55,059 bases of DNA, taken from sequence record DRR723986_1873, one strand, 5' to 3'. Shown here piece after piece: positions 48,550-55,059 of the stretch. The position numbers were made by a program, and so were the translations under genes. Position 1 is the first letter of the stretch. Every line of letters starts with the position of its first letter. Under the pieces are notes generated by a model that saw only the letters and a list, made by a program, of their open reading frames with translations, ran no database searches and had not been told where the DNA came from.

Positions 48550-49427
48550 CAGTGGTTCTCCTGCATGGGACGAATAATGGTCTTGGCATACTGCGCCATG
48601 AAGCGCTTTTTCTGCTCGAGCGTACTGTTTTTACCCAGTGCAAATTCGAAGGGCAAATTAAGCGTGGCGGTCATGCCGGACTCTTCCAGGGGACGCAGAA
48701 GATCGACGCTCTGCTCGGCATAGAGTCCGACCAGGGTCTCAAAAGGCTGCTGCTCACGCCCGTACTCACGCCGCAGCTCATGCAGGCGTGCAAGAATACC
48801 CGGCACCTCCTCCGGCGTATTCCCGGCGCCGATCCAGCCGTCACCGTAGCGCGCCGCGCGCCGCAGCGCGAGCTTGTTGGCGCCCCCGACGAAGATCGGC
48901 ACCGCCTCAGGTGGTGCCGGCGCCAGACGGATGGGCGGGAAATGTATGTGCTCCCCCTGGTACTCGACCAGTTCATCCCGCCACAGTAAACCGAGGGATT
49001 CGATGCACTCATCGAGGCGCTTGCCGCGACTTGCGAAATCCACGCCATAGATGTCGAACTCCTCGCGCATCCAGCCCGCGCCCACACCGAGGATAAACCG
49101 CCCCTGACTCAGGATAGCGAGGGTGCCAGTGGCCTTGGCCACCTCAATCGGGTTGCGCAGGGGCAGCACATACACCCCGGTGGTGAACTTTAACTTGCTG
49201 GTCACCGCCGCCATCGCCGCGATGCTGACCCACTGGTCAGGGTATTCGCTGTCCTCGGTCTGCGGCGGGTAGCCGGTGTCGGAATAGGGGTAGTTCGGCG
49301 CCATGCTGGCCGGCCACAGGGCGTGGTCACCCCCCATCAGGCCCTCAAAGCCCAGTTCCTCCGCGCAACGGGCGATCTCCGGTAGCTGCTCTGTTTCGAC
49401 CCAGGTTATGGCCTGCCAGAATTTCAT
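48549..49427 (-). CDS. LLM-class (probably F420-type) oxidoreductase
   Basis: AEELGF, GDH, VYVLPLRNP, GRFILGVGAGW, RAARYGDGW. Confidence 0.85.
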   Translation of the reverse strand: MKFWQAITWVETEQLPEIARCAEELGFEGLMGGDHALWPASMAPNYPYSDTGYPPQTEDSEYPDQWVSIAAMAAVTSKLKFTTGVYVLPLRNPIEVAKATGTLAILSQGRFILGVGAGWMREEFDIYGVDFASRGKRLDECIESLGLLWRDELVEYQGEHIHFPPIRLAPAPPEAVPIFVGGANKLALRRAARYGDGWIGAGNTPEEVPGILARLHELRREYGREQQPFETLVGLYAEQSVDLLRPLEESGMTATLNLPFEFALGKNSTLEQKKRFMAQYAKTIIRPMQENH

Positions 49428-49440
49428 TACGGTTCTCCGC

Positions 49441-50205
49441 TCAGGGCGTCATGCCGCCATCGACCATATACACGCCCCCGTTGAGGAAGCGACTCTCGTC
49501 ACCAGCGAGGAACACCATCAGGTTGGCGACATCTGCCGGCTGACCGTAACGGCCCAGAGGAATACGGGCCATCATGGCCGCCCGGGTCTCTTCCGGATTG
49601 TCAGGGGTTATTCCCTGTTCAAGGCTGCCCATCATCCGGCCCTCGATCGGCGAGGGGTTGACGGTATTGACCCGGATGTTCAGCGGACCGCCCTCCTTCG
49701 CCGCCGAGCGCATCAGGCCGATAACGGCATGCTTGCTCGTGGTGTAGGCTGACAGGCCGGGTGACCCGCCCACTCCCGCCACCGAAGAGGTAATCACAAT
49801 GCTGCCGCCCCCGGCTGCAGCCATCACCGGAAACACGTGCTTCATGCCCAGAAAGACCCCGGTCACGTTGATTTCCATCAGCCGGCGGAACAGGTCGGTA
49901 TCGTACTCAGCCAGCGGGGCGATAACCCCTTCGACTCCCGCATTGGCGATCAATACATCCACACCACCGTAAAGATCGACTGCCCTGGCGATATAGTTGC
50001 GGGTGTCCTCCTCTGAACAGACATCGGCAACGCAATAGTTGACCTGCTCGCTGGCCAGGGCCTGCACTGCCTGCTGCAAGGCAGATTCATCGACATCGAC
50101 CAGCAGCACCTTCGCGCCCTGGGAGAGGAACTGGCGAGCGGCCTCCTGGCCGATTTCGCCGGCGCCGCCGGTCAGCACCACCGATTTCGAACTCACAGAA
50201 CTCAT
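49441..50205 (-). CDS. SDR family oxidoreductase
   Basis: TGGAGEIG, ANAG, YTTSK, DGG; ATG 50205 with GGGAG RBS. Confidence 0.9.
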   Translation of the reverse strand: MSSVSSKSVVLTGGAGEIGQEAARQFLSQGAKVLLVDVDESALQQAVQALASEQVNYCVADVCSEEDTRNYIARAVDLYGGVDVLIANAGVEGVIAPLAEYDTDLFRRLMEINVTGVFLGMKHVFPVMAAAGGGSIVITSSVAGVGGSPGLSAYTTSKHAVIGLMRSAAKEGGPLNIRVNTVNPSPIEGRMMGSLEQGITPDNPEETRAAMMARIPLGRYGQPADVANLMVFLAGDESRFLNGGVYMVDGGMTP

Positions 50206-50383
50206 CCCAGACTCCCTAGCAAGTGGACCCTCATCATAGAACACATTGAGGTGGTTTTTCAGTGCTTCATCGTTGCTGCGGCCAGCCAAAAGCCGCCAGC
50301 GAGACAATCGATTCCGCTCACTTTCCGAAAACCGAAGCCCGTCTATACTCAGGTATCAATGGACGAACAAAGTTGGAGTCGCT

Positions 50384-51301
50384 ATGGAACAGCCACAACG
50401 CAACCGGGTCTACCAGTGCCATCACTTTGACAGCACTCGCTGGGATTACTACACGCCGCGCGACGATGACATCATCATCGCCACCTCCTACAAAGCCGGC
50501 ACAACCTGGACCCAGGCCATCGTCGCCAACCTGCTGTTCCCGGACGGCAATTTCCCGGCCCCTCCGGCAGCCCTGTCACCCTGGCTGGATATGCGCTTCG
50601 TGCCGCTGGAAGTTGTGCTGAACGATATCAATGCACAGGAGCACCGGCGCTACCTCAAAACCCACCTGCCGCTGGACGGTATGCGCTACGAACCCCAGCT
50701 GAAGTACGTGTATGTTTCCCGCGATGGCCGGGATGTGTTCATGTCCATGTGGAACCATTACAGCAACATGACGCCCTCATCGATTGCCCACATGAACGGG
50801 ATTCCCGGGCGCGCCGGTATCGAGTTTCCTCTGCCGCCCGACGACATCCACGCATTCTGGAACACCTGGATCAGCGACAGCCTGTTCGACAACGAAGTGG
50901 GCGGCTGGCCGTACTGGTCACACCTGTCCAATGTGCAAAGCTGGTGGGATTACCGCGAGTTGCCGAACATCGAGTTCTTTCACTACAACGACCTGGTGAC
51001 CGATCCGGCGGGAGAGATGAAGCGGCTGGCGGATTACCTGGAGATCGATGTACCGCAGGCGTCATGGCCACGAATCCTGGAGGAAACGTCCTTCACCGGC
51101 ATGAAAGCCAAGGCTGATGAGTATGTGCCAGCGGCCGGCTACTTCTGGAAAGGCGGCTCCCAGACCTTCATCAACAAGGGCACCAACGGCCGTTGGCGCG
51201 ATGTGCTCACTGACACCGAGCTGGCGCAATACGATGCGGCCTGCGATAAGGCCCTGAGCCCCGATTGCCGCGCCTGGCTGGAAAACGGCAGGCTGGGTTG
51301 A
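50384..51301 (+). CDS. PAPS-dependent sulfotransferase (Sulfotransfer_1 type)
   Basis: 5'-PSB TSYKAGTTW, KTHLP, 3'-PB RDGRDVFMS, KGTNGRW; GGAG RBS before ATG 50384. Confidence 0.88.
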   Translation: MEQPQRNRVYQCHHFDSTRWDYYTPRDDDIIIATSYKAGTTWTQAIVANLLFPDGNFPAPPAALSPWLDMRFVPLEVVLNDINAQEHRRYLKTHLPLDGMRYEPQLKYVYVSRDGRDVFMSMWNHYSNMTPSSIAHMNGIPGRAGIEFPLPPDDIHAFWNTWISDSLFDNEVGGWPYWSHLSNVQSWWDYRELPNIEFFHYNDLVTDPAGEMKRLADYLEIDVPQASWPRILEETSFTGMKAKADEYVPAAGYFWKGGSQTFINKGTNGRWRDVLTDTELAQYDAACDKALSPDCRAWLENGRLG

Positions 51302-51343
51302 ATTTCGCTTACACTGCGTCACGCCAACTACAGGAAACGTCAC

Positions 51344-51820
51344 ATGACCAGGATCACCCCCCTTCAGGCAAGCGATCTCGATGCCGTCTCCGGTTCAAGT
51401 TACCCGGAACCCATGAAAACAAAGGTCGGGAACGGCTGCTGGCGGCCCCTTGGTGACCCGTTCGACCTGACCCAGTTTGGCGTCAACCTCGAGGAATTCA
51501 ATCCGGGTGACCAGTCTGCCCTCAGGCACTGGCATACGCTGACTGACGAGTTCGTGTATATCCTGTCGGGCGAGATGACCCTGGTTACCGATGATGGCGA
51601 GACCCTGATGAGTGCGGGTATGTGCATGGGCTTCAAGGCGGGAGAGCCCAATGGCCATCACCTGGTAAATCGCGGCACCGGGCCGGCAAGCGTCCTGGTG
51701 ATGGGCGCGCGAGTCCCCGGAGATACCTGCTTTTATCCGGATGATGACCTGCTCTGGGTCAGGACGGAGGAAGGCTCACACGCCGCCCACAAGGATGGCA
51801 GCGCCTATCCAAAAGATTGA
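51344..51820 (+). CDS. Cupin domain protein
   Basis: LTQFGVN, SALRHWH..DEFVYIL, NGHHLVN, YPDDDL. Confidence 0.88.
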   Translation: MTRITPLQASDLDAVSGSSYPEPMKTKVGNGCWRPLGDPFDLTQFGVNLEEFNPGDQSALRHWHTLTDEFVYILSGEMTLVTDDGETLMSAGMCMGFKAGEPNGHHLVNRGTGPASVLVMGARVPGDTCFYPDDDLLWVRTEEGSHAAHKDGSAYPKD

Positions 51821-51825
51821 GCAGC

Positions 51826-51853
51826 AAAAAAAAGGGCCGCACTTGGCGGCCCC
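51826..51853 (-). terminator. Rho-independent terminator of the minus-strand TonB receptor gene
   Basis: Stem GGGCCGC/GCGGCCC (51834-51852) with A8 at 51826-51833, which is U8 on the minus strand. Confidence 0.85.
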
Positions 51854-51889
51854 TGTTCTGACGGCGATCCTTAAACCGCCGCCCAGCTA

Positions 51890-54328
51890 TCAGTTGAACT
51901 CGTAGACCACGTCCAGACCATAGGTGCGAGGCCGACCAAAGGTATCACCGGCATAGCCCAGGGTACCGAAGTCGATACCCCACTCCCGGTATTCCTCATC
52001 GGTCAGGTTCTTGCCCCAGGCGGAGACCCGCAGACGCCCACTGTCACCCAGGCTGATGTCGTTGAGACTGACCCGGGCATTGACCAGGGTGCGATCGTCA
52101 GCGCTGTCATACTGGTTCTGGAATGGGTGGAAGGTCATGGAGTCCATGTAGCCGACATCCACGCGAGATGAGAGCGTGCCCAGACTCAGCGGCAAGTCCC
52201 ACTGCAGGCCGATGTTGTAGGTATTTTCCGGGGTACGGGGTACCGTTGTGCGGTCGGAAATATCCACCTGCTGATCGGTTGCCGGGTCACGCTGCAGGTA
52301 CTCGTCGTACTCCGCATCGAGGTAGCCATAGGTCACGTCCAGCATCAACTGGTCCGTCAGCAGGGCAACAAGATCCAGTTCGATACCCTGGTAGGTTGCG
52401 TTACCCGCATTCACCAGGCGGCTGGAAGCGCCACCGGTGCCGGCTTCAAACTGGGCAGTCTGGATGTCGTCGTACTCGTTGTAGAACACGGCGATGTTGG
52501 CCCGCAGGCGGTTATCCATCCACTCGGTCTTGGCGCCGACCTCGAATGAGACAATCTCCTCCTCGTTGACCTCTGCTTCCCAGGAACTGATCGTCGAGGC
52601 GCGGGAGTTGAAGCCGCCACCGTTATAGCCGGTCGAATGAGTCGCATACAGGCGCATATCGTCGCTAAGTGCCCAGTTAACCGTCAGCAGGTAGCTGATA
52701 TTGTCCCAGCTGTTCGAGTTGGTGAGCTTATCGTCGATAGAGCTGTGCCCAAGGCTTTCATTGAACAGGTAGGCCGAACGGTCATCCTCGGTGTAACGCA
52801 GGCCGGCGGTCAGGTCCAGGGAGTCCGTCAGGCTGTAGGTTGCCTGGCCATAGGCGGCCCAGGATTCCGTCTCCTGGCCATAGACAAAGTCGACCCGCCC
52901 ATTCAGGTTGGGATCGGCCCCGGGGAAGGGGAACGGCAGGGGCAGGCGCTGGCTGCCAATGCAGACGGGACCCGTACCGAAGTCATTACAGAACCCGGCA
53001 CCGGTAAACGCTGCCGCCAGGCCCGGGTCACCAACCAGGAACTGGATTGGCAGGGCAAAGGTCTGTGGATTGTCCTGTTTGACCTCTTCTTCATAGGAAT
53101 ACAGGCCCACGGTGTACTGCAGTTTCTCGTTGAATGCGTCCCCGATAAGCTGCAGTTCGTGGGTCTGCATCTCGATGAAGCCCTCGTCGATGGAGGCCAC
53201 GAAGCCCGGCGTCTTGATCACCTGGCCACCGCCATAAAACAGGTCCGCGGTGCTGAGATCACCGCCATCGAGATCGGTCAGGTCGTAGGTTGAGTTGGTT
53301 TCACGATAGGCGCCAATGTACTTCAGCAGGAAGGGGCCCGCGTCCCAGGCCAGGGTCAGGCTGTGACCCTCGACCTCAAGCTCTTCCTCGCTGACTGAGT
53401 CGAGACTGAATTTCTCGCGGCGCTTGTCAGGATCGCCGACGGTGGCCGCCATCTCCTGGTAAAGCTGGCCGCCAAGAACGGTATAGGGGAACGGCGTGGT
53501 GGTAAGGCCATTGTAGATACTGCTCTTGACCTCGGTAATCTGGAACGGCGTGGGCACACCGGTGTTATCCGTCTTGTCGTAGGTATAGTCAGCGGTGAAG
53601 TTATCGGAGGGCTCCAGGCGCAGGGCAATGCGGTAGGCCTTGTTGTCCTCACTGCCCAGGTTGCTCTCACTGCCGGGCACGTCATTGTCCGCCCAGCCGT
53701 CGTATTCCATCCATGCCGCTGAGACTTTGGCTGACAGCATGTCGGCAATCTTCGGCGTGTTGACCGAGCCGGACAGGCGCTGGTAGCCATCGTTACCCAC
53801 GGAGGCATCGAGTTTGACGCCGAATTCGCCGGTAGGCTTGGCGGTGGTAACGTTGACTGCCCCACCCGTGCTGTTACGACCGAACAGCGTGCCCTGAGGC
53901 CCGCGCAGTACTTCCACGCTTTGCAGGTCCACAATGTCGAACACCGCGCCCACGGTTTTGCTCATGTAGACGCCATCGATATAGAAGCTGGTCTTCGGGT
54001 CTACCATCAGCGAGGTTTCACCACTGCCCACCCCGCGAATAACGATCGACATATTGGAGTTTGACGATGGTTGCTTGCGAATATTGGTGTTGGGCACGAA
54101 GTCGCCGATGTCCGAGATATCATAGATACCCAGGTCAGCAATTTTCTCGCTATTGAATGCGGTGACCGCGATTGGCGTATCCTGCAGCGCGGTTTCCCGA
54201 CGCTGGGCGGTAACAATAACTTCCTCAAGAACGCCGGTGTCCTGCGCCACTGCATAAGTGGGTGGCAGGGCAGCTGCCATGACGGCGGCGGCGAGCGGGA
54301 CGAGCGTGGAGCGATGGTTCTTCGGCAT
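51890..54328 (-). CDS. TonB-dependent receptor
   Basis: Signal peptide from ATG 54328 (GAGGA RBS), LEEVIVTAQRR, VEVLRGPQGTLFGRN, C-terminal YEFN. Confidence 0.95.
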   Translation of the reverse strand: MPKNHRSTLVPLAAAVMAAALPPTYAVAQDTGVLEEVIVTAQRRETALQDTPIAVTAFNSEKIADLGIYDISDIGDFVPNTNIRKQPSSNSNMSIVIRGVGSGETSLMVDPKTSFYIDGVYMSKTVGAVFDIVDLQSVEVLRGPQGTLFGRNSTGGAVNVTTAKPTGEFGVKLDASVGNDGYQRLSGSVNTPKIADMLSAKVSAAWMEYDGWADNDVPGSESNLGSEDNKAYRIALRLEPSDNFTADYTYDKTDNTGVPTPFQITEVKSSIYNGLTTTPFPYTVLGGQLYQEMAATVGDPDKRREKFSLDSVSEEELEVEGHSLTLAWDAGPFLLKYIGAYRETNSTYDLTDLDGGDLSTADLFYGGGQVIKTPGFVASIDEGFIEMQTHELQLIGDAFNEKLQYTVGLYSYEEEVKQDNPQTFALPIQFLVGDPGLAAAFTGAGFCNDFGTGPVCIGSQRLPLPFPFPGADPNLNGRVDFVYGQETESWAAYGQATYSLTDSLDLTAGLRYTEDDRSAYLFNESLGHSSIDDKLTNSNSWDNISYLLTVNWALSDDMRLYATHSTGYNGGGFNSRASTISSWEAEVNEEEIVSFEVGAKTEWMDNRLRANIAVFYNEYDDIQTAQFEAGTGGASSRLVNAGNATYQGIELDLVALLTDQLMLDVTYGYLDAEYDEYLQRDPATDQQVDISDRTTVPRTPENTYNIGLQWDLPLSLGTLSSRVDVGYMDSMTFHPFQNQYDSADDRTLVNARVSLNDISLGDSGRLRVSAWGKNLTDEEYREWGIDFGTLGYAGDTFGRPRTYGLDVVYEFN

Positions 54329-54612
54329 CGTACGATCCTCTTGCGAGTTTTTATAAACGTTATTGGCTAAAAATAACACGACATCGCCAGGCAGCGAAAT
54401 ATGGCTTTTTATACCAAGGCGCCAGGAGATAAGCGCCGGAGCGGCAGCCGACAGCTCACATCGCGATGTGCCACGCTCAACAGCCGGTCGCAGTGCGCAT
54501 TAATCGCTTTTTTCGATGATCGATGTCAATTTATTGCATTTTACAGATCACCCTTGCGGGACTAAGGTTATTGGTGAGTGGTGCAAATGGCACCCTGACT
54601 TCACTTCTCTGA

Positions 54613-55059
<447 letters not shown>

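Noticed and set aside
54524-54545. Possible PpsR site upstream of katG (TGTCAA...TTACA)
   Set aside because: Spacing is TGT-N16-ACA, not N12.

Overview
GC-rich, gene-dense bacterial chromosomal window. Gene content suggests an aerobic anoxygenic phototrophic gammaproteobacterium, probably NOR5/OM60 (Halieaceae); this is inference only. Left to right: (1) 1-12.9 kb, the edge of a photosynthesis gene cluster: crtB (partial), crtI, bchO, bchD, bchI, plus crtD coupled to a DUF2306-like membrane protein, a cytochrome P450 and an ATP-grasp protein. Two tandem PpsR-type operators (TGT-N12-ACA) are visible. (2) 15.1-23.4 kb, a 10-gene operon behind a PmrA/QseB-type box: TPR protein, 'thermostable hemolysin', adenylation enzyme, heme-oxygenase-like dimetal enzyme, SDR, QseBC-like two-component system, cupredoxin, FTR1 iron permease and outer-membrane protein. 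(3) A thioredoxin-like lipoprotein and a peptide-type ABC transporter. (4) A Wolinella-type diheme frdCAB followed by a 6-copy tandem repeat. (5) 35-54 kb, a steroid/terpenoid-like catabolic region: KstD- and KshA-like genes, a highly divergent split B12 acyl-CoA mutase with MeaB, Fe-ADH, TetR, CoA ligase, two TonB receptors, P450, VOC protein, LLM oxidoreductase, SDR and sulfotransferase. (6) The start of a signal-peptide-bearing katG. No rRNA, tRNA, CRISPR or mobile element was recognised. Best leads are the divergent B12 mutase pathway, the putatively PpsR-controlled ATP-grasp/P450/DUF2306/crtD module, and the iron-linked HDO biosynthetic operon.
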